Below, in pieces: positions 36,309-44,350 of a DNA stretch of 54,917 nt. The first letter of the stretch is position 1. Every line of letters begins with the position of its first letter. The DNA comes from a virus (taxonomy: Duplodnaviria; Caudoviricetes). The translations under genes were made by a program, and so were the position numbers. The stretch lies in IMG/VR virus record IMGVR_UViG_3300049983_000006, positions 1 through 54,917 of that record. One strand, 5' to 3'. The notes beneath the pieces are model-generated. The model was not told the DNA's origin, did not search any database, and saw only the letters and a program-made list of their open reading frames with translations.

Positions 36309-36463
36309 TCCGACCCCTCCAGTGGCTGGGGACCGAACAGCTCGCGATGAAGGCGCCGAGAGTCTTCGACCAGACCCGGGCTTTGTCGGACGCCGAATAC
36401 TTCATCCCCTGCCAGCTTGAAGCGGAGGCACCAATACCAGGCCAGAAAAAGAGGTCGGCGCAT
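36305..36463 (-). CDS. Hypothetical 52-aa protein (not in ORF track)
   Basis: MRRPLFLAWYW...PLEGSE; bounded by junction repeats. Confidence 0.5.
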   Translation of the reverse strand: MRRPLFLAWYWCLRFKLAGDEVFGVRQSPGLVEDSRRLHRELFGPQPLEGSE

Positions 36464-36688
36464 CTACCCCGACCCCTCCAGTGCTAAGCGCCAGCAGCGA
36501 GAGGTGCCACCCGAGCTTTCGGTTATGCCGCTTACGAGAAGGCCGCGAGCCTCTAGACGTAGGAGCGCGAAGAGCGCGTCACTGTCGGAGAGATGCAGAC
36601 ACGCCGCCACGAAGCCCACGGACGCCCCGCAATCCAGCGGCCCCAGGGTCCGCAGAACGTCGTCGTCACTCGTCCACGTCTCGGTCAT
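36464..36688 (-). CDS. Small wHTH-like protein
   Basis: ATG at 36688 by ATGA overlap; LLRLEARGLL...WRL pattern. Confidence 0.55.
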   Translation of the reverse strand: MTETWTSDDDVLRTLGPLDCGASVGFVAACLHLSDSDALFALLRLEARGLLVSGITESSGGTSRCWRLALEGSG

Positions 36689-37035
36689 TTCGACCCCTCC
36701 AGTGCTCGGGAATTGCTGGGTGAGGTAGCGGCTCTGTCGGTTGCCAGTTTTCGCTTGTGGGCGTTGTGCTGGACGAGGCTCGGGAACCGCAGCCAACCGT
36801 AAGGGCCGCCCAGCACGAGCATGAGCGCGAGCGCCTTCCGGGACACGTACGGCGGGATGTAGTCGCCAAAGCGAGACTGGGGGACTGCGAGCTTCTGGGC
36901 CGCTCTCCAGCGCTCAGGGATCAGCCGCCAGACGAGTTCACCGATGGCCCACCAGGCCGTGCAGAAGGCGACCAGGATGCAGGCGCCTAGCACCACCCAG
37001 CCGATACCCAAAGCAATCGGGTTGAAGGCGCTCAC
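36685..37035 (-). CDS. Membrane protein
   Basis: N-terminal TM helix; coupled to both neighbours. Confidence 0.65.
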   Translation of the reverse strand: MSAFNPIALGIGWVVLGACILVAFCTAWWAIGELVWRLIPERWRAAQKLAVPQSRFGDYIPPYVSRKALALMLVLGGPYGWLRFPSLVQHNAHKRKLATDRAATSPSNSRALEGSK

Positions 37036-37613
37036 TGCTTCCCCTCCAGTGCTCGGGAAGGCTCATCAAAAAGGCTGGGTACGGGTTGGGGCTGACAGAG
37101 GCGACGGGCTTCCTTGGGCTTCATCGCACCTTTGACGAGGCGGTCTTCTAGTTCGGTCGCCAACTCGCCCTTGACGTTCCAGAGTTTCTGGCCACCCCTG
37201 CAGGGGATCGGCTCGATGAAGACGTGGGCGCGCTCGATGTGCCATTCGAAGCGACCCGGTCGGTAGTCGCCGAAGGCGTGCTCCATAGGTTCACACTCAC
37301 GCCGCTCGGCGATTCGCCCGGCGGTCATCGTGCGGCAGCCACCGATTTTGGCTATGCCGAGGATGGCGCCGTAGGGGAGGTCTCCGGGTAGCACCTCGGC
37401 GCGGCGACCGATACCGACGCTTGAGACGCAGTGGTAGAGGGCGGCTTGGAACATCGTCTGCTTCAGCGCCCTACGGCCCTCTGGCGGCAGCGTTGCCGTC
37501 GCGGCGATGGCTATCCACCCGCGGTCAGGCGTTCCCCAAGATCGGGTCTCGGTGCCCTTCCAGCCGTTCACCAGCAGGGTCGCCCAAGGCTGCCAGAGAG
37601 ATAACGCCTTCAC
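37032..37613 (-). CDS. ASCH-domain protein
   Basis: MKALSLWQPWATL...KGTETRSW...RGWIAI, GAILG and PIPCRGGQKLW motifs. Confidence 0.88.
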   Translation of the reverse strand: MKALSLWQPWATLLVNGWKGTETRSWGTPDRGWIAIAATATLPPEGRRALKQTMFQAALYHCVSSVGIGRRAEVLPGDLPYGAILGIAKIGGCRTMTAGRIAERRECEPMEHAFGDYRPGRFEWHIERAHVFIEPIPCRGGQKLWNVKGELATELEDRLVKGAMKPKEARRLCQPQPVPSLFDEPSRALEGKQ

Positions 37614-37825
37614 TTCGACCCCTCCAGTGCTTCATGCCCTAGCTGGGTGAGGGAATAGGACTCGTCTATTCCAAGCCGCTCGCTTACCAGGAAGCCTTCG
37701 TACCTCAGACCTTCAAGTCGCTCACGAGACGGTCGGCCCGTGATCGCAGCGAGGTCATAAGCGGTCAGCCCACCTTCCCGCTCAACAACCCTCAGCGTCT
37801 CTACCTGGGTTGGTCTAAGGGGCAT
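37610..37825 (-). CDS. Small wHTH protein
   Basis: LTAYDLA...LEGLRYEGFL...YSLTQLG; start at 37825. Confidence 0.6.
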   Translation of the reverse strand: MPLRPTQVETLRVVEREGGLTAYDLAAITGRPSRERLEGLRYEGFLVSERLGIDESYSLTQLGHEALEGSK

Positions 37826-38042
37826 CGGATTTCTCGCTCTCGTCGGTGAGGAAGTCGCTGACCATGCCCTCGCACTCCTGCTGGGTAAGGCGGTGGTGCG
37901 CGAACGCGTGGCCGACCTTGATAGCGAAGCCGGGAGACTCGCCGAGCACCTTGCGGGCGAGGCACCAGTGCGAGAGGAAGTGGTCGCCATCGGGCTCCAT
38001 ATCCACGATCCGCATTACCCGGTCGATGGCGCCGGGGTTCAC
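37815..38042 (-). CDS. Hypothetical protein
   Basis: Coupled 75-aa ORF with an RBS. Confidence 0.55.
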   Translation of the reverse strand: MNPGAIDRVMRIVDMEPDGDHFLSHWCLARKVLGESPGFAIKVGHAFAHHRLTQQECEGMVSDFLTDESEKSDAP

Positions 38043-38452
38043 TCCCCTAGCTCCTTTCGGACCTGATCGGCGGCTGCGTAGAGGGCGCTATCCCGGGAGA
38101 ACTTCTGCGGGGTAGAGGTCGCCGACCGTTCGAGGTTGTGCGCGTCGACGGCCTCCAGCAGTCCCTCTACTTGCTGCCTTAGTTCACCTATCTCCCTTGC
38201 AGAAGCCTCCGCCATTGAGTCGAAGGCACCTTTGGCCCCGGCGAAATCGTGCTCCAGCTTCTCTGCCTGCTGCCTTAGTTGGTCTCGCTCGGCTTCAGAC
38301 TTCGCAGCGCGTTTCTCGGCGGCGTCGGCGCGACTTCGCTCCAGGGCGATCTCTGCGTAAGACTCGTCCCCGATCTGCGCTTCAAGGGCGACGATCTCCT
38401 CGATGTAGCCCTCGCGAATCTGGGTCTCGTTCTGGCAGCTGAGATCGTTCAC
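38039..38452 (-). CDS. Coiled-coil hypothetical protein
   Basis: Heptad-rich ORF with GTGA coupling. Confidence 0.65.
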   Translation of the reverse strand: MNDLSCQNETQIREGYIEEIVALEAQIGDESYAEIALERSRADAAEKRAAKSEAERDQLRQQAEKLEHDFAGAKGAFDSMAEASAREIGELRQQVEGLLEAVDAHNLERSATSTPQKFSRDSALYAAADQVRKELGE

Positions 38453-39522
38453 GCCTTACCTCTCTTTTGGTCTGAGGACTGCTGCTGGGTGGAGATGGAG
38501 GGGTCTTCGCGCTCGGCTTCGTCGGCGTAGCGGCGGAGCGCGTCGGCCATCTCTCGGGCCTGGGTGGGCGTGGCGCAGGCCAGATTGTGGACCGGTCGGT
38601 TGCCCTGCTCCCAGTTCGCGACCTCGACGGCTACGACGCACGGCTCGCCTACCTCCATGCGGTCGTGCTCGATGAGGACGGACCAATGCTCGCCTTCGTC
38701 CTCGCCCGACCAACGCTTAGGAATCGCCCCCTCCTCTACCCCGCCTTCCTGTCCACCGGAGGGGTGCTGGGGCCACCAGACGCGCCAGTTTTTCCCTTCT
38801 GCCTGATGGCGGCCCTGGTGACCAGGGTGGAGCCCGTACGAAAGATCGCCGGGAGTGTTCGGGGTGCCGTTCCTAGAACCGCAGATCGGCAATTCGCCCG
38901 GGTGATCTAGCAACTGCCTCAGCACCCCAACCGGTGCCTCGTAGTCACCGATCTCATCGAACTCTTTGAGGGCGGCCAGCGCTTCTGCTCGCCAGCCGCC
39001 CTCAGCTACTGATATGCCGTGGTTCGTCTTTCCGGGTACGGCGACAGGGACATCACCTCCTAGGGGTTGCTGGTTCCCGTCCGAATCGGCGCTGCCCGAA
39101 CTGCTGGGATTGTCAGCGCCGACTCCGGCGGGTTGCTGGGTGAAGTGGTGGAGGGCCTGATGGACGCGGGCGGTTTCGCCGGGCATGGCAAGTTCAGCCG
39201 ACCGCTCGGCAAGCTCCTGGTCGGCCTCGCGCATCAGGTCGAGCAGGGCGTTCGTCTCATCCTGCCCGGGGACCTCTTCGAGTTTCGCCGAGAGCCGCTC
39301 ATTGACACCCTTGTAGACCTTCAAGAGCGCCTCGGCCTGCCGCTCCTCCCCAGCCTCAGGAACAAGCACCCGGACTCTCAATGGTCCTCGATGGGCCGAG
39401 CCAAGGGGCGGTTCGTGGGCTTCGCAGCGGCTTCCCTCCGGCCCGGTAGACCCGCACTCCGGGCACCTGTAGAGGAAGAGCTTGCCGCCCTCTTCGTAGA
39501 CGTAGGCGGTTAGGTGGTTCAT
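38449..39522 (-). CDS. Mosaic hypothetical protein with N-terminal Zn-ribbon-like motif
   Basis: ATG at 39522 by ATGA overlap; CPEC...C..H motif; low-complexity linkers. Confidence 0.65.
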   Translation of the reverse strand: MNHLTAYVYEEGGKLFLYRCPECGSTGPEGSRCEAHEPPLGSAHRGPLRVRVLVPEAGEERQAEALLKVYKGVNERLSAKLEEVPGQDETNALLDLMREADQELAERSAELAMPGETARVHQALHHFTQQPAGVGADNPSSSGSADSDGNQQPLGGDVPVAVPGKTNHGISVAEGGWRAEALAALKEFDEIGDYEAPVGVLRQLLDHPGELPICGSRNGTPNTPGDLSYGLHPGHQGRHQAEGKNWRVWWPQHPSGGQEGGVEEGAIPKRWSGEDEGEHWSVLIEHDRMEVGEPCVVAVEVANWEQGNRPVHNLACATPTQAREMADALRRYADEAEREDPSISTQQQSSDQKRGKA

Positions 39523-39959
39523 GCGAGGTCTCCTGCGATCCGGCCGCGTCGGAACTTGACAGCGCCGGGGGTGCTCGACTTGCAGCGCACCCACGGGCAA
39601 TAGGTCCCGGTTTCGTCCCAGAAGTCGTAGACGTCCTCAGCGGGTTTCGTGGTCGTGCACTCGGAGATCGGCTCGCAGCACCAGTTGTCATCGCCGCCCG
39701 CCGGGTGCTCGCACTCGCACCGTTCCTGTCGCCATTCTTCCTCTGCCTCCTTTGGCCACCAGACCATCCAGTAGGTCTCCATGCGGACCTCGGTGAACTC
39801 GCAGTCGAGGGCTCTCGCCATCTGCGCTCGGTCCCTCCCGTAGCTCTCGCTCGCCGGGAAGATCGTCGGTTCGGCCTGATACATCGGCTGGGTCATGTAG
39901 TGGTCGCCGGGAGACGGTTCCTTGCGCCAGTCACGCTTCGCCTTCGTTGCCTCAGCCAT
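39519..39959 (-). CDS. Cys/Trp-rich hypothetical protein
   Basis: AAGGAG RBS and TAATG coupling. Confidence 0.65.
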   Translation of the reverse strand: MAEATKAKRDWRKEPSPGDHYMTQPMYQAEPTIFPASESYGRDRAQMARALDCEFTEVRMETYWMVWWPKEAEEEWRQERCECEHPAGGDDNWCCEPISECTTTKPAEDVYDFWDETGTYCPWVRCKSSTPGAVKFRRGRIAGDLA

Positions 39960-40222
39960 TACGAGGTCTCCTTCTGCTGCTGGGTAGGGGTGGGGGCTCT
40001 CAGTTGGTCGGGCGTCGAGAGGACCGTCCAGCCTTTGCAGGACCAGAGCACGTACTTACTGGTGAAGCCGATGACGGGGCCGGGCGGCCAGAGCATGCAG
40101 GTGACTAGGTCGCCCTTTTCCCACTTGCAGTCCGGCGGCCTGCGTTCAGCGGAGGGGGCGGGAGTCGAACCCGCAGTCCCGCTTTCGCGGGGTGACGCCT
40201 TAGCAGGGCGCTGGCTAGCCAT
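39959..40222 (-). CDS. Hypothetical protein whose 5' part overlaps the tRNA
   Basis: ATG at 40222 lies in the tRNA D-loop; the frame is open to the TAA at 39959. Confidence 0.4.
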   Translation of the reverse strand: MASQRPAKASPRESGTAGSTPAPSAERRPPDCKWEKGDLVTCMLWPPGPVIGFTSKYVLWSCKGWTVLSTPDQLRAPTPTQQQKETS

Positions 40223-40236
40223 TCGCCTTCCCCTCC
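40150..40236 (-). tRNA. tRNA-Ser(GCT), long variable arm, no encoded CCA, A at position 8
   Basis: GGAGGGG/CCCCTCC acceptor with G discriminator; GGC/GCC D-stem; GCGCC-CTGCTAA-GGCGT anticodon arm; CCCGC-GAAA-GCGGG variable arm; GCGGG-TTCGACT-CCCGC T-arm. Confidence 0.85.
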
Positions 40237-40649
40237 CAGTCGGCCTGAATCTCGGCCTGAGCCTCTGCTTGTTCGAGCCAGGCTTCGTCGTCTTCAGTCC
40301 CCTCCTCACTCTCTAGATCACTCCAGGGGCTTATTAATTCGCTGCCGTCTGATAGCTGGGTGGTGGTGCGGGATTGGATGCGGACGTTGGTGTAGCTATC
40401 TGAGTTGCGATAGCCAACGCAGCGACGGCACGCTTCATCGAGATTGGCGCACTTGCCGATTAGCTCACCGCCTCCGGCCGTATCGGCGTAGATCCGATGT
40501 TCGTCCCGCTCCTCTACAGGTGGAGAGTCGAGTGCGGCTCGAAGCTTGTGGCGAGCGCTGGTCTCCTCGGCCTGCCTGCCTACGAAGCGGCGATTGGTGG
40601 CGAGGGCTTCGATCTCTCGCTCGGTCAGTAGAACCACCACGCGTCTCAT
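40215..40649 (-). CDS. Hypothetical protein
   Basis: 144-aa ORF with ATGA coupling; its 3' end overlaps the tRNA. Confidence 0.6.
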   Translation of the reverse strand: MRRVVVLLTEREIEALATNRRFVGRQAEETSARHKLRAALDSPPVEERDEHRIYADTAGGGELIGKCANLDEACRRCVGYRNSDSYTNVRIQSRTTTQLSDGSELISPWSDLESEEGTEDDEAWLEQAEAQAEIQADWEGKANG

Positions 40650-40930
40650 TGCTGGCCTTTCTGTTCTGCGAAGTCCTCTAGCCGTTCCAAGATCGTCGCG
40701 ATCCGGGCCTCCTCCTCGTCGGTGAGGTCCGCCTTCCAGACACGGAGCATCAAGCGGGCCTCCTCAACGCTTAGGACATTGGGTGCCTTGGCGGGGACGA
40801 CTTCGACGGGTGCTATGTCATGGGTCTCGCGGGCTTCGATTCCAGCGGCGTGGACACCCGTCGAGAACGTGTCGCGGTAGTAGCTGCAACCCGGGTGGGT
40901 GCAGGCGTAGATGATGTACGGCTTGCTCAC
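40646..40930 (-). CDS. Hypothetical protein with a CxxxxC motif
   Basis: YACTHPGC; coupled; AAAGGAG RBS. Confidence 0.6.
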   Translation of the reverse strand: MSKPYIIYACTHPGCSYYRDTFSTGVHAAGIEARETHDIAPVEVVPAKAPNVLSVEEARLMLRVWKADLTDEEEARIATILERLEDFAEQKGQQ

Positions 40931-41148
40931 CGTCGCTCTCCTTTGTCCTTGGTGTGTGCCGGGAGTTCGCCGTCTTTCCTCAGCGAGGCGCGGCAGTGCA
41001 GGCAGGTGACGACCTCTGGCGAGGAGTGATTGGCGACTTCGACCCAGCGGTTGGTGCTGGCCAGGGCGCCGCAGAGCGTCAGGTTGAAGCCCGGTGCCGC
41101 GTGGATTTTCCGCGACGGCTTGTATTCGACGGTGCGAATCGAAGCCAT
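40927..41148 (-). CDS. Small zinc-finger-like protein
   Basis: KIH...TLCG...VTCLHC; start at 41148 by TGATG overlap. Confidence 0.6.
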   Translation of the reverse strand: MASIRTVEYKPSRKIHAAPGFNLTLCGALASTNRWVEVANHSSPEVVTCLHCRASLRKDGELPAHTKDKGERR

Positions 41149-41249
41149 CAGCGCGGCCCTCCGAACGTCCAGAGCGTTAGCTTCACCCAGCCACAGAGGA
41201 TCACCAGAAAGACCGGCAGGCCGATGAGCAGTTCGACCGCCGGACTCAC
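41148..41249 (-). CDS. 33-aa single-TM microprotein (not in ORF track)
   Basis: MSPAVELLIGLPVFLVILCGWVKLTLWTFGGPR; start and stop both overlap neighbours. Confidence 0.55.
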   Translation of the reverse strand: MSPAVELLIGLPVFLVILCGWVKLTLWTFGGPR

Positions 41250-41614
41250 GACTGGCCCTCACTATCGGTGGAGGGGAAGGCGGCGTCGAGGGCTGCTTCC
41301 TGATCGATCCGGGCCAGCCGCATCGCCTCGTCGCGTTCCTTGTCCGACGCCTTCGACCAGTCGTCGAGGCAATAGCCCCACTTCCGGCAGGCAATCTTTA
41401 GCGCCAACGGCACCAGCGCCGCCTCACCCAGCAGCACCTCCTTTACCTCGCTGAGGGGGACGACCTCGACCGGAACGGCGGGGTGAAAGATGCGCCCGAG
41501 GAACCCGCCTTGCGGATTGTCGTGGTAGTGCCCGCGCTCTCCGTCGGGACCGTAGAACGCCGTGTTCGCGCCCTCGCCGCACTCCGAACAGAACCACTGC
41601 GTCCAGCGCCTCAC
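41246..41614 (-). CDS. Hypothetical protein
   Basis: FCSECG motif; coupled. Confidence 0.6.
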   Translation of the reverse strand: MRRWTQWFCSECGEGANTAFYGPDGERGHYHDNPQGGFLGRIFHPAVPVEVVPLSEVKEVLLGEAALVPLALKIACRKWGYCLDDWSKASDKERDEAMRLARIDQEAALDAAFPSTDSEGQS

Positions 41615-41910
41615 GTCTTCTCCTCCCGAGGTTCCGAGGGGGCGGGCTTAGGCTCGGCTCGGTAGCGGGTGCCGAACTCCTCTGCGGTCATGGGCCAAAT
41701 CTCGTTGCCGGTGCCGTCGAGGCGACGGACGATGTAGTCGCCCTTGTTTGCCACCCCGCCGGGGGTCCCCACGAGATCATCTGCGTTGGAGAAGCCGCCC
41801 ATGTACCGAGGAAGCTCCGGCTCCATGAAGGCGACGATCTCCTCAATGTTGTCGCCGGTCCAACGGAGCGCTTCCACCGGTTCGGAGCGGCATACGAATC
41901 GCTCAGCCAT
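41611..41910 (-). CDS. Hypothetical phage protein (VEALRWTG...GDYIV family)
   Basis: VEALRWTGDN...GDYIVR...F...Y pattern common in small phage proteins. Confidence 0.7.
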   Translation of the reverse strand: MAERFVCRSEPVEALRWTGDNIEEIVAFMEPELPRYMGGFSNADDLVGTPGGVANKGDYIVRRLDGTGNEIWPMTAEEFGTRYRAEPKPAPSEPREEKT

Positions 41911-43684
41911 TGTCGCTGCCCTCCTGTACCTCGGCCTGTGGTGAGGGAGGCTGGGTAGACGCGGGAGGCGGAACCCGTTCGAGATCTTTCAGCGCTGCCT
42001 CGGCGGCCTCCGCGTCGCCCCCGTCGAGCCAGTAGAGCGCTTCGGCGATCTGGGTGTCGCGCTCATCCTTCCGTTCCTGTTCGCGGCGGATCAAGCACTG
42101 AGCGGCCTCCAGCGCATCGCGTAGCTCGTCCTCGTCCGTCTTGTAGCCGCGCAGGATGCCGCAGACCTCATCCGCCGAAACCGGCTCGGGTCTTCCCTCC
42201 TCCACCCCGCCGCTGTTCCCTGGTACTGGCTGGCCAACGGTTTGATCGAAGAGGCGCGGATCGTCCTTCAGGAGATCCTTGGCTGCGGCGTACTCAATCC
42301 AGTCGTTGTCCTCAGGACCGCCGTCGGGCTCGTCGCCGCACCCGCCGATGAAGTCGATTGCCCAGCCGAGCGAGGACCGGTAGAGACCGAGCAGGGTGAG
42401 ACCGCCCCCCGGCTTCTCGAAGACCGGCAGCTCCCCGCTGTCCCCCGGTGACTCCGAAACAGGCTGGGTGGCGAAGAACTCTTCGGCGTCGCGGGCGGCG
42501 AATTCGTACGCCTTGGCCAGGCCCTCGTAGTAGTTCCAGGTGGCCTCATAGGTGTGGCCCGCCTCCAGCTTGCCCGAGGCGTGGTCGTCCTTTTCGGCCT
42601 GCCGCGTTTTCGCCCGTTCCCGCTGCCACTTCTCGGCGGTCTTCCTCAGCTCCGAAACGAACCGCTTCGCCTCCTCCCCCAGTAGCTCGGGGGTGGACTG
42701 GCAGTCGGCCCGGAAAAGGGCGAAGTCGAGAATGTCGTCAAGCAGGGCGAGGCGGGTCGCGTGCCACATCTCCGCCTTCTTGCTATCCGTGTTGGCGCCC
42801 TTCTTTCGTTCCTGCTCGCGTAGCTCCGTCAGCCGCTCGCGCACCTGCTCCAGCCCGCACCGTGGTACCTCAGGGTCCGCCGGGGGCTGGGTAAGGACTG
42901 CTTGGATCGCGTCGCGGACCTCGGCGGGGATGCGCTTCTCGGCGAACGCGTTGTACTTGTCGCTCTCCTGAATGCCGAGCGCGACCCGGGCCGTGTATCC
43001 AGCGTCGGCCGTCCAGATCATGTCGTCGTTGACGTCGGCCTCGCCGAACCCCGGGATCTCTTCGTTGTCGCCGTCCTCGTAATTCCGGTGGTCGGCGTAG
43101 AAACGCAGGGCCACTTCAAGCGTCCGGGTCCGCTCCTCTACCTCCTGCTGGGGGGAAGTGGATGAGTCTCGAAGCCTGTTCAGGTATTTCAGGAGCGCGA
43201 GAAGAGCCGCCCGCGTACCTCTGATGAAGGGCGTCTGCGGGTCGATCTTGCGCTGCTTCGCCAACCGTCGCTCGACCTCAGCCCTTACCTGCTCGTCTCT
43301 TTGGGATAGAGCTGCCTCGGCTTGGACCTTGGCGACGCGCTGCTCTTGGACGTGGGCGCGGGCCTGGTCTAGCTGGCGCTCTACTTCCTTTAGGCGCTCC
43401 TCGGCTTTCTCCCGCTTCTCCTCGCAGGTGTTGCAGCCCTGTTCGGCGAACGCCTCCCGGCACTCCTCCAGCCGCTCCTCCCATTCCTGGTCTATCTGGG
43501 AGCGGATGGCTGGTAGGGCGGGGGCGAGTTGCTCGCGGATGTCGTCGCAGAGGCGCTCGTCGCCCTTGTGCATCTCCCCGCTGCAGTAGTAATCAGGCTG
43601 GCGGTTGTAGAGATCCTGGAAGACCGCCAATACGGCGTCTTTCGGTACCTCGCCCTGGCTCGGGTTGGGGCTAGGCTGGGACAT
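41903..43684 (-). CDS. Large mosaic coiled-coil hypothetical protein
   Basis: Probable start ATG at 43684 after GGGAGG; helical modules joined by TQP/SPQQ linkers. Confidence 0.65.
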   Translation of the reverse strand: MSQPSPNPSQGEVPKDAVLAVFQDLYNRQPDYYCSGEMHKGDERLCDDIREQLAPALPAIRSQIDQEWEERLEECREAFAEQGCNTCEEKREKAEERLKEVERQLDQARAHVQEQRVAKVQAEAALSQRDEQVRAEVERRLAKQRKIDPQTPFIRGTRAALLALLKYLNRLRDSSTSPQQEVEERTRTLEVALRFYADHRNYEDGDNEEIPGFGEADVNDDMIWTADAGYTARVALGIQESDKYNAFAEKRIPAEVRDAIQAVLTQPPADPEVPRCGLEQVRERLTELREQERKKGANTDSKKAEMWHATRLALLDDILDFALFRADCQSTPELLGEEAKRFVSELRKTAEKWQRERAKTRQAEKDDHASGKLEAGHTYEATWNYYEGLAKAYEFAARDAEEFFATQPVSESPGDSGELPVFEKPGGGLTLLGLYRSSLGWAIDFIGGCGDEPDGGPEDNDWIEYAAAKDLLKDDPRLFDQTVGQPVPGNSGGVEEGRPEPVSADEVCGILRGYKTDEDELRDALEAAQCLIRREQERKDERDTQIAEALYWLDGGDAEAAEAALKDLERVPPPASTQPPSPQAEVQEGSDNG

Positions 43685-43862
43685 CAGCGGCCTCCCTGAC
43701 GGCGCGTTCCCGCTCGGACTCGACGGTGATCTCGCCCGTTCCGTCGCAGCGCTCGCAGCAAGTAGCGCCTTGGGCGATGGGATCGGCCATTTCGCCGCCG
43801 CCCTCACAGTCAGGGCACTCCCACCGAACCGGCCCGTAGGGACCTCGCTCAAGAACGATCAT
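43671..43862 (-). CDS. DnaJ-type zinc-finger small protein
   Basis: CPDCEGGG and CERCDGTG repeats; GGAGGAGG RBS. Confidence 0.7.
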   Translation of the reverse strand: MIVLERGPYGPVRWECPDCEGGGEMADPIAQGATCCERCDGTGEITVESERERAVREAADVPA

Positions 43863-44037
43863 CAGGGACCTCCTCCACGCCCTCGCCTCTGAGGGCCTCG
43901 GCAATCGCTTCGTCCAACAAGGGCTGGGCCTCTTCCTGTTCACCGACCGTGCCGGTGAGCTTCTGAAGCGTCGAGCGGTTGAGGTAGACCGGTATCTTCG
44001 CCCCTACCTGCCCCTGGCTCTGGGGGTTCTCAGACAT
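43849..44037 (-). CDS. Small hypothetical protein (RHH-like)
   Basis: KIPVYLNRSTLQKL...LLDEAIAEAL; GGGAGG RBS. Confidence 0.55.
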   Translation of the reverse strand: MSENPQSQGQVGAKIPVYLNRSTLQKLTGTVGEQEEAQPLLDEAIAEALRGEGVEEVPDDRS

Positions 44038-44350
44038 CGTGAGGCCTCCCCGTCGCCGTCATCGTCCCTAGCGCAAGGGAGACCTCTAGGACTTCTTTGC
44101 CGTCGACCAGCACCGTTCGTCTGACCGTGAATCGGTCGCCGGCGAGTTCCCGCTTCTTGTCGCGCTGGATTTCAAAAAGGAGGCGACTGATCCCAGCGAC
44201 CAGATCGGTCTCGCTGGGGACCCCTCCCGACCACCCCCACTGCCGTTCTTGGTAGATCCTGACGGCGCTGCTAGCGGCTTGGGCGGCGAGGGCTGCTATT
44301 TCAACCTTCCCCACGGTGTGGATCGTCTTGGTCTCAGGGCTAGTTGGCAT
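44030..44350 (-). CDS. Hypothetical protein
   Basis: 106-aa ORF with GGAGG RBS. Confidence 0.6.
   Translation of the reverse strand: MPTSPETKTIHTVGKVEIAALAAQAASSAVRIYQERQWGWSGGVPSETDLVAGISRLLFEIQRDKKRELAGDRFTVRRTVLVDGKEVLEVSLALGTMTATGRPHDV

Larger units (their letters stand above)
36311..37631 (-). repeat. Five copies of the gene-junction repeat CACTGGAGGGG(TCG)
   Basis: Copies near 36311, 36470, 36691, 37041 and 37616; each ends one ORF (LEG[S/K]) and supplies GGAGG for the next. Confidence 0.85.

Noticed and set aside
36311-37631. CRISPR array interpretation of the repeated CACTGGAGGGGTCG
   Set aside because: The repeats are short, the spacing is irregular (about 160-575 bp), the intervals are ORFs, and there are no cas genes.
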